From Azolla caroliniana (Eukaryota; Plantae; Polypodiophyta), in NCBI GenBank assembly GCA_043228905.1, contig JBHGNT010000001.1, forward strand, positions 35,960,001-36,024,000: a stretch of 64,000 nt of DNA, given 5' to 3'. The notes beneath the pieces were generated by a model. The model worked only from the letters and a program-made list of their open reading frames with translations, was not told the origin of the DNA and did not search any database. A program made the translations under genes and the position numbers. This document shows, piece after piece, positions 11,009 to 27,850 of this stretch; the first letter of the stretch is position 1; every line of letters begins with the position of its first letter.

Positions 11009-13932
11009 CTTTTGGCACACTTGATCTGTGTTTCCTCATAGACGAGCAACAACGAATGGATGTTTAGTCGCAGACGACCCAAAGAACCAACAAGACAAGA
11101 CCGGCCAATAACAAGGTCCGTCACACGCCAGGCAGAAGAACGCACCCGGCAAAAGCCGCGCATCGGTGACCTCAGTACTACCTTCCAGGAGTGCAAAGGG
11201 GATTCCTTGCTCCCCAAATACCTCGACGAGGCGAGGGGACCACGCTTATCGCAGCCACCCAGTGACCTTTTCTGATCCGCCGTAGCTCCCACGATGGCCT
11301 TTGCCTACCCCCACTTTAACGGCGAAACCGACGTCACAACTCATATTCGCATGTTCTTGAACGTTTGGAATGCGAACCACATGGCGTAGAACCTTTCCGA
11401 GACGGTGGCACACCAGTCGAAAATGACGGAGTTCGGATTAACATTAGATGGGCGTGCGGCCTTCTGGCATTCACAGATGGATTTACCAGCCATAACAACC
11501 TTCGATCAGCTGCAGTCCGCCTTCTTGCGATTCTTCCACCGGAGGGTTCCACATCGCGAGATTCTCGGGCAGTTTTATGCACTTAAGCAACTACCGACCG
11601 AGACGATAGCAGACTTTAGCTTACGTTTCCAAAATTTACGACGGAAACTGAATTGAAGCCCCGCGGAGGAGGAGGCTCGGGAGACATTTCTGGTAGCATT
11701 ACGCCGGCCCATCCGGGCAACGCTCAACAACAATAGCGTGAAAGGGGAAACAACGGATATGGTGATTGAACGAGCGTTACAACTTGAGTTGGATGACGAG
11801 GAGGAGAGGTTTTTGATGTCATCCTTACGACAAGCGTTACCTCAGGATGAGGAACGCCGATTTCGTCAAGCAATCCAGTGCATGATTTGCTTGAACTCGG
11901 GGATTCCGCGGTGGAGTGCAATATGCGAATTCACTGCCCAATCTGCCACTCGAAGGTTCACACAGTCGACCAATGCGAGTACAATATGTTAAACAGAGCC
12001 ACTCCCGCGGTCCGCAGCATGGACACACAACGGCAACCACACCGGGCGGAACAAAGGAGGCAAGAAGACCGACCCCGGTATAAGGATCGCAACCCGCGGG
12101 AGGACAGGTACAACCGGAATCGCCGGAATCACAACGAGTCCGAGGAAGAGGACCCGGAGGACGAGGATTATCGTGGACATTCGAGTTACGCCAAAGGGGG
12201 TCGGCGATACGAACATCAACGCCCGACAAACAAACGGGGCGGCTTCAATGGCTATCGGGGTAAGCCTCGACAATATAGGGATCACCGGCGTTACGAGGAA
12301 AGCTCGGGGGATGAGCGGCACCAGGAACAACGACGGGACCAGCAACAGCCACCGCGTACGTCCCGACAAACGAGGCCGGACCGCGAAGAGCAAGTAGCGC
12401 CCAGAGAACGACACACTCCACCTGGGGCTGAGAAGGGAGAATCAAGCATCCATTGTTTTATTTGTCAGCAATGCCAAGCACGCAAGGGAAAGGGGCCTGC
12501 CGTCAACACGATTACGACGGAGGTGCAACAAGTCACAACACGCCGACAAACGAAAACGACGGATTGGGCTGCGCAGGACGAGGTACGACGACAAGCCCAA
12601 GCCTGGGTGGAAAAAGCAAACGCGACCAATACGGAACGTATGAGGCAGGAGTCCCCGAACACAATGAAGCGAACAGAGAACGAAAAACCGGGGCCGGACC
12701 CCATTTGGCAGGTGTTAGCGGGTTGTGAAATCACGCTAACTATGGAAAAACTGCTACAGCTAGTTCCACGTTTCCGCCAGACCATGGAAGCACAGGTGGC
12801 GGGCATGACTGGGGCAAGCGTACCCACAAACCTGACGGACGTCAGCGAGGGACCACCAGTGGTGGATCAACACAACCCGACCATTACAGTAATATTGCAC
12901 GGACAGGAAGTTCCTGGATCCGTAATCGACGGCAGCTCAGGCGTCAATGTGATTAGCGCGAAAACTTGCGAACAGTTGGGCATTTCCGAATCGGAGGTGT
13001 GTCCATTCTTGCTTCGCATGGCAGATACCCGATCAGTCCGACCGTTGGTGCTAATTCGCAAAATAGGCATCATCGTGGGCGGACACCGTTTCGACATATC
13101 GACGGTCGTCCTCGCTTTGGACGCCCCAGGAGCGTACCCAGTGCTTCTGGGCAGACCATGGCTTCGGACAGCAAATATCAAGCAGAGCTGGCAACACGAG
13201 TGTATCAGTTTCCGGCATGGACGCACCAAGGTTCGTGTACCTACGGAAGGCAACACGCCACAACCTAAGGGGATAACACCGTTGTATGCGGAAGACATCA
13301 ATATGCTGGCTGGGGTGGAGGATGCCGAATTGGAAGCGTACCTTGACGAACATCGTCGGATTATTCCGCTGTCCGAGATAGATGTCATCACAACTGCGAC
13401 AGAATATACTACGGCCATTGTTTCGAACAAAGAACCGTATGAACCAAACCCAGAGTCCATATTGGAACTCAGCAGAGCACGGGCGGCCTTCGAAAGGGAA
13501 ATGGAGATTTCACGACGAGTCACCGCTTCCACTCTCGACGAAGTGAATGTGGGTACGGGATCGGAACCTCGGTTCCTCTCCATAGCAAAGGAATTGAGGC
13601 CGGACCAGAGAACCACAATGATCGCACTACTCACGGAATATAAAGATGTGTTCGTGTGTGCTCACGAGGACATGAAGGGGTGAGATCCCAAGTTCTATCA
13701 GCATAAGATCAACTTAGCAACGGACACGAAACCTGTCTAGCAGCGCCGCTACCGCATGAACCCCAATTACGCGACCCGCATGAAAGAAGAAATTGACAAC
13801 CTGCTGAGGGCGGGGTTCTTACGGCCAGTTAAACAAGCGACATGGCTTAGCCCGATAGTGGTTGTCCCAAAGAAAAACAGCAAAATACGGGTATGCGTGG
13901 ATTACTGGAAATTAAACGTCGTAACCATTACA
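10575..13932 (+). mobile_element. Truncated Ty3/gypsy LTR retrotransposon (5' LTR, gag, protease, start of RT)
   Basis: A disrupted gag starts near ATG 11294 and has CCHC-type knuckles (CPICHSKVHTVDQC, CFICQQ). The aspartic protease has VIDGSSGVNVI...LLGRPWL. The RT N-terminus has EYKDVF, YRMNPNY and WLSPIVVVPKKNSKIRVCVDY. Protease is directly followed by RT, which is gypsy order. There are several stops and frameshifts, and the element ends abruptly at 13932. Confidence 0.9.
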
Positions 13933-15110
13933 GTCTGGCTCACTCCCGACCCTAACGAGCTGAGCCTGCGTGAAATGCGTGAAAAGACGGGTGGCTTCTC
14001 TACAACACTCCCTTGACCTCGCTGCCAAACATCACCTCCTTCCACACCTCTTTCCAGTTCCAGATCATTACTCCTTCTCCATCGATCTATGGAGGAGGAG
14101 ATGGTCTCCTCTTCTTTATCTCTCCTTATGACACCATTCTCGACCACAGCACTGGTGGATACATGGGTATCGTCAATGGCACCGTTAATGCGATAGATCC
14201 ACCTCGCCATTTTTCGCAGTTTGATAGCTACAAGAATGACGACTTGAAAGACCCCGACAACAACCATGTCGGGATCGATATCAATGGTATCGTCTCGACT
14301 GTCTATGTCAGTAAAACCTCTTCTGATGTGGACCTCTACCAGAACTCAACATTCATTGTGTGGGTGGACTACTACGCCTCCAATACATCCATCCAGGTCT
14401 GGATGGTCAACATCACAGGGTCTTCGTTGTCAGTAGTAACTCCACCTCTTGAGCCCCTCTTCAGCCTGAAGTATGATCTCTCTACTGTTTTCCTGGCTTC
14501 GCACATGTTTGTAGACTTGTCAGCTACCACAGGTGTGGGCTATCAAGGCTGCGCAATCTTTTCCTGGAATTTCTCTCTGAGTACTACATTCCTAGTATTG
14601 TCGGTGGTGGTGTTGTAGCCACCGGTGCCATAGTGGCTTTGGTAGCCTACAGGAAAAGATGCTGTTCTTCTTCTGATGATGATGATCAAATCACAGATAG
14701 TGCACTAAATCCACGAGATGCGCTAGTTCCAGCTGGCATGCCACGTTACAGATACAAGGAGCTGTGGAAGGCTCTATCCAGGGCTTTCATGACAAGGCCA
14801 GAGTGGGGCGAGGTGGGTTCAGCATTGTGTACAAGGGAATCCTAAAGCAACGTGAAGTGGCCGTGAAGAGGTTGAACAAAGAGAGGGGGCTGCGGAAGAG
14901 CGATGAGTTCTTCTCAGAGATCAAGATGATCAACACGCTGGAGCACTAGAGCTGGCATGGTGGGCGACCGGCCATTGAGCCGAGGTTTGATCAACAGGAG
15001 GAACACATCTGCTCAATTGGGTGTGGTCGAAGCAAGAGAGTGGCACGCTATTATCAGTGTTGGATCCAAGGATGATGGAGGTAAATTATGGGTTAGAAGA
15101 CGGTGAGAAG
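13933..15110 (+). pseudogene. LecRK: LecRK pseudogene (5'-truncated, frameshifted, internal kinase deletion)
   Basis: Homology to the 5992 gene begins at gtctggctcactcccgaccctaacgag (equivalent to 6184). The lectin part is frameshifted (ORFs 13756..14016 and 14013..14618). TM/juxtamembrane sequence and kinase subdomains I-III are present (GRGGFSIVYKG, VAVKRL). The sequence then jumps to gcactagagctggca (equivalent to 7753) and homology stops near 15110. Confidence 0.9.
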
Positions 15111-16574
15111 AAAAGACAGCATCCAAAATTTGAACCTGGATTTGTCGTTCCCTGTGGGTAAAGAACCAATCAGTATAAATGTAGCGCATTGGACAGAAAA
15201 ATGGGACCAATTTCTGAGCAGAAAGAGGTTTGATCATTCTGTGACACGATAACATGGCATCAAATTTAAAACATAATTAAAGACACATCGCAACATTATG
15301 TAACATAAGATTATATATATGGAGTAAAATGGATTTTGAATTTAATGTCATTCCTTAAAACTCCCCTGATTGTTGTAGGTGCATATTCGATAGGTAAACA
15401 ATCCCTCACATCCCTCTGATCCTAATCTTTCTTAATTCAAGGGCTCAAGAATTAATCATCCATATCTTAAGCATTTTATCCCATTCTGCCAAATGGGTTG
15501 GTTGATAATAGTTTATGTATGTTTCCTTGTATTGTCTATTCGTTTAATGTCATTAAACGTGTGATTAAGTCTGTTATTCTCCGGTAAAAACCATGGTTGA
15601 ATTAAAAGGTTCACTTAGTCCTTAGCATTAATCACTAGCTAGCTAAGAAACAGTGTGACACTTGCACCTAGATGTATTGCTGATATTTTGGGTAGACACC
15701 AATCCGGCCTTGTGTAACGATGTTCATGTGGAGAGTGAACATTCTATCACGAAGCAAAGGGTAATACATTCCATCTTACAATCCTTTTCAGTCAATCTTC
15801 TGATTTTTAGTGTCTTTTGAACGTTATATAGCGTGCATGTGCTATCCACATTGAAACAAATCTGACATATATGGTGTGTCATGCATATAAGTCACTAGTT
15901 ATGCATTCCTAATTGATAGAATATTGGTAGTTAAACCGACGTTAATTATGCACTCTTGGATATTTAACAAACCCAAGCCTAAACATTAACAACTTCCTGT
16001 GGATTCAACACACAATCCAACACAGGATTTCCTCTAAATTTGCATTGGATTCATAACATTCATGAGTAAATCAATTTGGGGTAGTGGTGAAGCTAAATAA
16101 CCAAACAGAAGCTAAAATGTCTAAAATAGCTTATAGCACGATGGCATGCCAATCATAATTTGTCCTTTGGAGGAGCAATTTATCTTGTATAATTTATTTA
16201 ATGCATAAGCAATTGATTTTACGTGAACTATTAAATGTCAATTTGAAGTGATCCATGAATAGAAATGGTGAAGTACCTTTTTGGAAAAAGAAGAAAGAAA
16301 TGGTGTAGTACAAAACCTTAATGGAATGTGGCCTCCTATTTTAATGAAGGAACTAGCTAATAAATATTAACACTAGAAAGTGATCCATGAGCATGGGTGA
16401 TGACCCAAATTTAATTGTTTTATCAAATTATGATCACTCCATTATGTACATATACATCATCGCCAGATAGGGTATTATACATTGTCCTATACAATTTCTC
16501 CAACAAAGGAGGATGTTTTTTAGAGTGTATATAGAACCCAAAGTAGTGATAACTTTGCACAAGTTTATAGACAT

Positions 16575-19500
16575 TTATAAAGTAGGCATAGTTTCATCTG
16601 TATTGTCATCACCATCAATGAGCTCGTCAACGGATTGTAGGGGAGAAACAATGGGAATAAAAGTGGGAGAGTCAATTTGGTCTGTGTTGTTAAAGACATG
16701 GTCAATATCATCATTGGCAAGAGATAATTGGGGTTCCATGGAATTGATAAGCTCCCAATCCTGAGGGGACAAACTCCAATCTAGTATGTCGAAATTGGAG
16801 CGTATACGATCAGGATTAAGACTACGTGGCAACACACTAGTGCCCCTCTGGATGGCCCAACGCAATACGACCTAATAAAACATATCAAAAGTAACAATGA
16901 AGATTCAATCTCACAAAATATTTGTTCAAGTAACTAAAGTGGTATCAAGCTCAAGTTGATTAAAACATTACCATTTTCATGCATGAAATGCAAATTCAAT
17001 AAATAAAAAATGTATTTTCTACATTAAAAAAAACCCTTTGTAAAAGATTTAGAGCCTTAATAGCTTCGAAAACAAAAGTGAACATTGATCATTTCATAAA
17101 TTCTTACTTGAGCTGGCGTTTTCTTGAGCTTCTCTACCACGTGGCCCACCGCAGAGTTCTTTAGGAGTGGGCGATGCAAGGAAAAGGACCTTGAAAAGCG
17201 TGGGGAGAGTAAGACCTCATGTTGCCCTTCATAGGTTGTCCCTGGTAGCCCTAAGGGTGTGTGGGCTGACACATGAATCCCTCGTTCTTGGCAATACCTC
17301 ACTAGCTTCTCTTGCCTCCATAATGGATGCAACTCCACCTATTAAAATTCAACAACATATTAGGCCCAAAAACATATAATAAAAAGGCATTGCCTTTATA
17401 TAAAATATAAGAAAAAAAGATGTTGGCTTTATAAACTATGTAAAAGAGACGTATAAATGTGGGATCCTAACTTGATATCCTTAAAATTGAAATTCTTAAG
17501 GTCTACATGCCAATGTACATACATTCATTATAAAAAAATTCCTCATATATTCAGTCTTGACATCATGCACACTAGCATTTTGGCCCCAAAAACTAGCACA
17601 ACCCAAGAGGGGTTGCTAACAAATAAATAGCAAGGGTTGTATTACAGACTGTTGTGCTATTGTTCTCAAATCTAGATCCTTTTAGGGATTTATCTCTCAT
17701 TTATTTTTTCTCAAGGCATCGAGATACTAAAATTGAAAGAATGTGAGACAAAGAGAAAAGGACAAAGCCTATTATTTTTTATGCACATGGCTCTAGAAGA
17801 TGAGTGAATCATTCATTTTTTAGAAGATTTAAGAAAGCAATAACATCACATCAATATGAATATACTTGCAAGTTTGCAACAATTATAATCGCAAGTTGTA
17901 AAATGACATATGAGTTAAGACTTCACACACTTGTTTGTTTCTTGAAATGAAAGCAAACACTTCTAGCCTAAAATTCGTTCAAAATATATTTTATCTTTCT
18001 CATAATTGTCTTTATATTTTTCACCAAATAAGAGAGTTTCAGGACAAGGTCATGACTCATATACTTTACAATAATGAATGCACTAAGATCCGAGTTTTGG
18101 GACAAGGTCTTGTGGAACTAAGAAGTGTGTGTTGTATGCATGATTTCTAAACACCTTTGTGCTCTCACTACTAACAATAGGAACACATTGGTCTGGGCCA
18201 AACTTGAACCACGAACCACAAGTTCATGGCTTAAATGGTTTGGTTCAATTTCCAATTTTGGAGAACGGATTGATTTGGTTTGAAATTGTATTGATTTAAC
18301 AATTTAATGAAGCTTTTAACAACTACAACTGATTATAGGGCCAACTTTGCAATGTAGATTAATGCAAAAGTATTTAGTGAATTGTTTATGGTTTAAACAA
18401 ATTGTGTTTTTAAATCTCTTACACGGTTCAATTAAGTTCCAAATATTTTAAAGAGCTTGGTTTTAAATTGTTTTAGTTCAAAATTTGAGACTACAAAATA
18501 TGTTTGAGCCAAAATGAATTGTTGTCAATTAGTGCTCACAATGACAAACTCTAAGGGCTAAGCAAGTTTTTAACAAATGATCTTCGTGTTCTCAATTTGT
18601 TGTGATTTCCTTTCTTAGCACTTATGTCGTGGCATGTATGTGTTTCAATGTATCAAGTTCAAGAACAAGATGTGCTCCTAATAGTGGACTTGGGCATAGT
18701 GTGAGGATTTTGCTAGTGAAGTAATAGTCTGATATGGTATTTTGACCTATTCCTAGTTCTATGTGGGTTTTAAACCTAGAAGAAAATTTTAGTAACCATG
18801 TTACTTTCAAAACGAACTATGTGGAAGCGAACAACATAAAGCGACAACTACATAGAGTTATGAATATAAAAAAAGAAACTAATTTTTGTCTTCTTATAAC
18901 TTTGGCACAAGTTGGACATAGATGTTTTGGATACTTTAAAGACATCCACTTGTTCTCATCTACTCCGTAAGAGATGTAAAATTCATCCTTATCTAAAACT
19001 ACATAAAACAACTCCACTATTGTTGCATGTTTTTTAAATAGGTATTGTTGCCATTTTTTTAGTGCATTTTGAGAAATGAAACACTAGCATTTTCTTATGC
19101 AAGTTAGCTCTAAGGTAGATAATTTGATTGAAAACAATAATGAAGAACATGAACCACATATTGGATAATTTGATATAAGGGTAATGCAACAGGTTGAGCA
19201 CACCAAAGGTAATGGGCCATAGATGGTTTGCGATTGAGCTTGCTTGTTGTCATTTGTAATGCAAGTGCAGGCATGTGTCCTTTAGTGTCATGTTTCCATT
19301 TATGGTTTTTTATTCCTTATGAAAATGGCACATCATACATATAAGAGCTAGTTAATATATCTACATATTGGATTCCTATTGAACTTTGAGATTTTGCTTT
19401 TTTAAGATCTTCCAACTTTTCTAGGCGATGCCACTTAGTGGAAATAAAGCTTTACTATATAAACGATGTTGAATAAATCATCCATCCATTAACCAAATTC

Positions 19501-20256
19501 TTCGTGTTACAATCAAATATATTGAATTTATTGCATTCCATTTATATGTAACTTGGTGTATAGTGTGTGTGTAGCAGTTGATAGTAATCTATCCATCCCC
19601 AAACTAGGAAAGGTTCTATTGTTATCTTCTAGAGAGAGACAAAGCACTAGAAGGAAAATAAATGAATTGAAAATTTGAACTATTTTGCCCTAGAGATGAC
19701 TAGACCGACTCTTCTTCCAACATCTTCAACACTTTAGAACATATATTCATCAAATGCATCCCTCAAATGATAAGATTGCACAGTCTTCTTGAACTCTTTT
19801 TCTTCAACCGGACTATTTGTAAAGTGTTTTAAATACGATTACGACTTGGCTAGGGCGGCGGATGTGCATTAGTGACCTGCCCATACTGTGACGAGTAAAA
19901 AAAAAGGATTAGGACTAGGTAGGGGACAACCTATGGGTATCTGTGGAGTGCGTAGGCATGTTCATGGACGAACATGCTATAACTACTCTTCGCCACTTTG
20001 GGAGATGATCCAGTAAGTAGCCTTCAAGAAGGAAAGGGGAGGACTAAAAATAGGACTTCACCCGGAGAATGATCATGGGTTCGAATCTCCCCATGAGGAA
20101 TCAAGATGAATGACATTGAACAAAATTGGGGGTGTCGCCAAAGTCATAAGTTTTATTTACTTGCTAGTACTACAAATTCATTGTAAATGAATTGAAATTA
20201 TTATTTTTTGCAAGAGGGGAGGGAGGGCATGAACTAATTTTACGGCTTCGTAAAAC

Positions 20257-20292
<36 letters not shown>

Positions 20293-21129
20293 GGGAAAAA
20301 AACAGGAGAAGAAAAGTCAACGACAGAGAAGGAAGAGAGGATTGCCGTGCTGGCACGGCAGGCGCAGGCGCAGGCGTACCTGATTGACAGCTGGCACGAC
20401 TGTGGCGACGGAGAGGAGGTCGGCGAGCAGCGGCACGTCGAAATTGCTGACGCCGATGGCTCGCACCAGGCCGCGCTGGAGCAGCTCCTCCATGGCCCGC
20501 CACGTGTCGCGCAGGCGGAGCAGCAGATACGCCTCCTGGCTGCTGCTGTTCATGTTCATGTTCATGTTGTTGTTGTGGGTACTCTTGGGTGGGGAGGTAC
20601 CGACGCCGCCACCGGCGGAGCGAGGGGGGTCGGTGGAATCACCCACGTGGCGCTTGCTGGGTGGCGGGACCCAGTGGAGCAAGAAGAGATCCAGGTACCG
20701 GAGTCGAAGTCTGCGGAGCGATGCCTCCGCCGCCTTCTGTACTCGCCGGGCCGCCCCCGCAGCTGTCGATATCAATATCACTTTGGACGTCACGAAGATG
20801 TCCTCGCGACTCAACGCTACTGCAGTACCATTCGCTCCTCCTCCTCCTCCTCCTCCTCCTCCTCCTTCAGCGGAGGCAGGGCTGGTTGTGGTTGTGTGAG
20901 AGTGGGCATGGGCATGGGCATGGGCGTCGAAGGCTTCGGCAAGGGCGTCTCCCACTTCCGACTCGTTGCCGTAGAGATGGGCGCAATCGAAATGGCGGTA
21001 CCCAGCCTGGAGGGCGGCGTGGACGGCATCCCGACAGGCTTGGCCCTCTGCTTGCCAAGTGCCCAGCCCAACCGCAGGGATGATGGCTCCTGTATTCAGC
21101 ATGAAGCCATGCTGCTTATAAGACTTCAT
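16575..21129 (-). CDS. AKR: Aldo-keto reductase (AKR4-like NAD(P)H oxidoreductase), 3 exons, ~425 aa
   Basis: Exons are complement(join(16575..16871,17108..17338,20380..21129)) with GT-AG introns that join in frame (PAVNQ|VELHPLWRQ and TPAQ|VVLRWAIQRG). Motifs: IPAVGLGTW, GYRHFDCAHLYGNE, REDIFVTSK, YLDLFLLHW, AMEELLQRGLVRAIGVSNF, SVLPRS...RI..NF. The catalytic Asp/Tyr/Lys/His tetrad is present. Confidence 0.92.
18190..19020 (-). mobile_element. Probable decayed hAT transposon end inside AKR intron 1
   Basis: The minus-strand peptide TWLLKF...SKILTLCPS...LKHIHA resembles the hAT C-terminal dimerisation motif (WW..F...A.KILS...S....R.WS.F.HIH). It is followed by AAACC-rich subterminal sequence (18190-18520) similar to the 1.3-2.2 kb element. 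Highly degenerate. Confidence 0.35.
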
Positions 21130-21839
21130 CACTTCCTCTCTTCTCCTCCTCCTCTCTCTCTCTCTCTCTCTCTCTTCTTGCGTCTTCTTGCTTCTCTCCT
21201 GCCTCTTGCTTCTTCTTCGATTCCTGTGTGTGGGTTTCTTCAGAGAGGCTACCTTGACTTTAACCTTTCAAGGTCCTCCATTTCTCATATCTCTCTTTTC
21301 TTTATATTTTCTATTCTTACATGTGTCTCTAATGTGGCCCCCTTTTTTGGATGAGGAAGTTAGGTTGTTGGCTAGTCTTTCCTTTGGCCCCCGCCCCAAC
21401 GTAAAGGCCCAGTCAATAGGATTACATAAGAAAGTGTGCTCCCCACGACACATCTCCACGTCCCCTCCCCCCCACCCCCTGCACCGAATATCCATAAAAA
21501 ATACATGCATGTTTTGTTTCCCTCCCCCCTTAAGAGCTCAAATCAATAGGATGACACCAACACATCCATGAAATAACTCCGTGTCTTATTCGCATTGATT
21601 TTTGAGAAGACAAACACATTTGATGTTCCCACTAGCAATATGTTTTCATGTGATTCTCTCGGCCGTTGTTCGATTACCATTTGTCTTGTTATTAATCGCA
21701 TAATATCTCCTCGTTTTTTTGGGCCATTCATACTTTCGGATTAATCATCAACTCAAATGTTGTTTACTTTCTTAGACCAAGGGTTTTGCTATGTTGGTTA
21801 TTCAGCTTGTGATATATTGTTGTGTTTTGGGCATTATAT

Positions 21840-22200
21840 TTAGATGAATCACTTAGTCATGAGCCTTTTAGTTTTTGAAAACACAAGCCGTTACCAGAAA
21901 TACCACCATATTTGTTGACAATGTTTGAACAATTATTGTGGAGGTCAAGCCTTGTAGTTTCATATGGGCTACATCAGTAGGATTCAAGCAACCCTAGGTG
22001 TTCAATTATGCTAGAGTCAAATGCATCACTTATCAAGGTTCTTTGAAATCTCATGCTAGGTCATTTGAGTGTATGAGAATGTTAGGGTACCATACTTGTA
22101 TAACTCTATTATGACCAAAGGAATACACACTTGAAAGGATGACTACATGAGGGAGACATAGTGTGTTCGGTCGATGGAATCAATACCTCTGGTCCAATTA
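21840..22200 (+). mobile_element. Highly degenerate LTR-retrotransposon integrase relic
   Basis: Fragmentary plus-strand peptides (VD.F...VEVKPC; RF.NP...S..HL; YH..T.YY) resemble the gypsy integrase core. No continuous ORF. Confidence 0.3.
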
Positions 22201-24141
22201 AGTCAAACGAAGGTTTGTAATCAAGATCTCCCTCAAGTAAACATGGAATGTTGTTACGGAATGAATGCAAACATTTCCTCATTCCATTCATCGAATCAAT
22301 CTTTGGATTATGAAATTTGAACCAAGACATATTAAGGATATGTAGATGCTTGGGAAAACTAATGATGTTACAAGAAATTTACATTCACCAAATCACCAAT
22401 AACTACCCAAACTAGCTCTAACTTTTCAACTATATATCTTGATTTTGGATAAGGGAGCTTATGGAATGGGACATCCATCAATGACACCTATAGAATTTGG
22501 ATAAGGGAGCTTATGCAAGAGGATTTGTTATGTCAAGGAAAGTTCTTAGTCCATGAAATAATAAATTAGATTATGAAGATATAAGAGAACAAAAACCAAT
22601 ACTTAGTGATACGTTGATGCATTGAGTTCAACTTGTGCCAAAAAATCTTTGCCAATCAAATTGATGAAATGTGGTACGAACAAGCTCTAAATATTCTAGG
22701 TTGTCAAATAATTGGCTCCAATTTGGGATGAACTTACTTGTTACCACCATCTAGTTGGCTCAAAACTTCGTCTAAATGTAAGAGTGGGGCTCCAAAGCTA
22801 TTGGATTTGTTTGATAACTAGAATCAAATTTATTTGAATTATTCAATTGCTTTATTCTTCGTCTTGATCGGAGGCAATTCACTACTATGTGTCCTAAACC
22901 ACCAACGTTGCAACTTTATTATCGACTACTTCAATCCTCCATTGTGTTAACAAGGATTTCTAGAACACAATGTAGATATGATAATTTTATTGGCTTAATT
23001 CAATCAATTACAAAACAAATCACTTGTGTGCAAACTCTCATGGAGCCCTTCCAATCTACAATCTTGAGAATGATGGAATTGTACCAATTGGATTTTCAAG
23101 AGGATTTGCAAATGATCATTGTGTTGAAGGCGAATGTAGAACATAGTACACGATTAAAAATTGAGGCGATAAGGTAAATGAAAGATAAAAGGATCTTGAG
23201 GTTATAAAGCATACTAGGGACAAAATATAGCACTATGTGTTATTGTACAACCATCCACTATCCTCTGTTGCCTATCGTACTTTGTTTTCTTTGTCGTCGG
23301 CATTGTTGTTGGATTGAAGGATTATATATTGCTATTGCCATGCTTATGTCGAACTATTTTTTATATATCCTCGTTTTTTATTGTTAAAGGGGACGACCAT
23401 ATCATTTGTTATGTTACCTCATGAGTTATAACAAGCTTATCAAGAGGGTTCTTGGAATAAACCAACTTATTTCTATAATGAGGTTTTGTCTAACCTTTGT
23501 CCTCTATTGTTGTTTAGTATAAACACTCTTTATGAAAAAGTGTCACAAGAGACATTTCACATTCTACATCAAGTTTCAACACACTATGGACGCTCATTAC
23601 CAAAAGCCGCACCAAAAACATTCCATGAGGAATTAAGAAGTTTTGTATTACAAAATATGTATAGAAGATGCTATAATTCTATACTTTATGTTTCTCAAGT
23701 GTGACTGTTGGAAAGGCATTCCCAGTTGTCAAAGTAAACAATAAATTAAGGAATACCATATTGAATGTTGAATAATTTCTTTCGCCTTCTAGAACAATGA
23801 AGATAATATTGTCAAGCGACAATATGAGGACTCCACTGTAAAGTTGAATTATTTGTTACTACGCAATCTAGATGCAAGTAATAATGACTTAGAAAGTTAT
23901 CTCATATCAAAGGTCTTCACATAAAGAAACTAGTAGTCACGAGCTTTTTAAGAAATTATTTGTAGTCAATCAATGAAATTAGATATGAGAATGTTATGAT
24001 ATGAAATGAAGTGCTTATGATTAGTTCCAAGATGAACATCAGAATAAACCACATGAGCACATAGCAAAAATTGGAGAATTCCATACATGAGGACATGCTA
24101 CATATGAAGTGGAAACAATTAGAAGATATATGTGTTTGGAA

Positions 24142-27828
<3,687 letters not shown>

Positions 27829-27850
27829 GAGAGAGAGAGAGAGAGAGAGA

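Noticed and set aside
11878-13683. 601-aa ORF as a host gene
   Set aside because: It is the gag C-terminus and protease of the truncated gypsy element.
20347-21354. 335-aa plus-strand ORF and other overlapping ORFs
   Set aside because: These are antisense or alternate-frame shadows of the GC-rich AKR exon 1 and adjacent CT repeats, with no domain.
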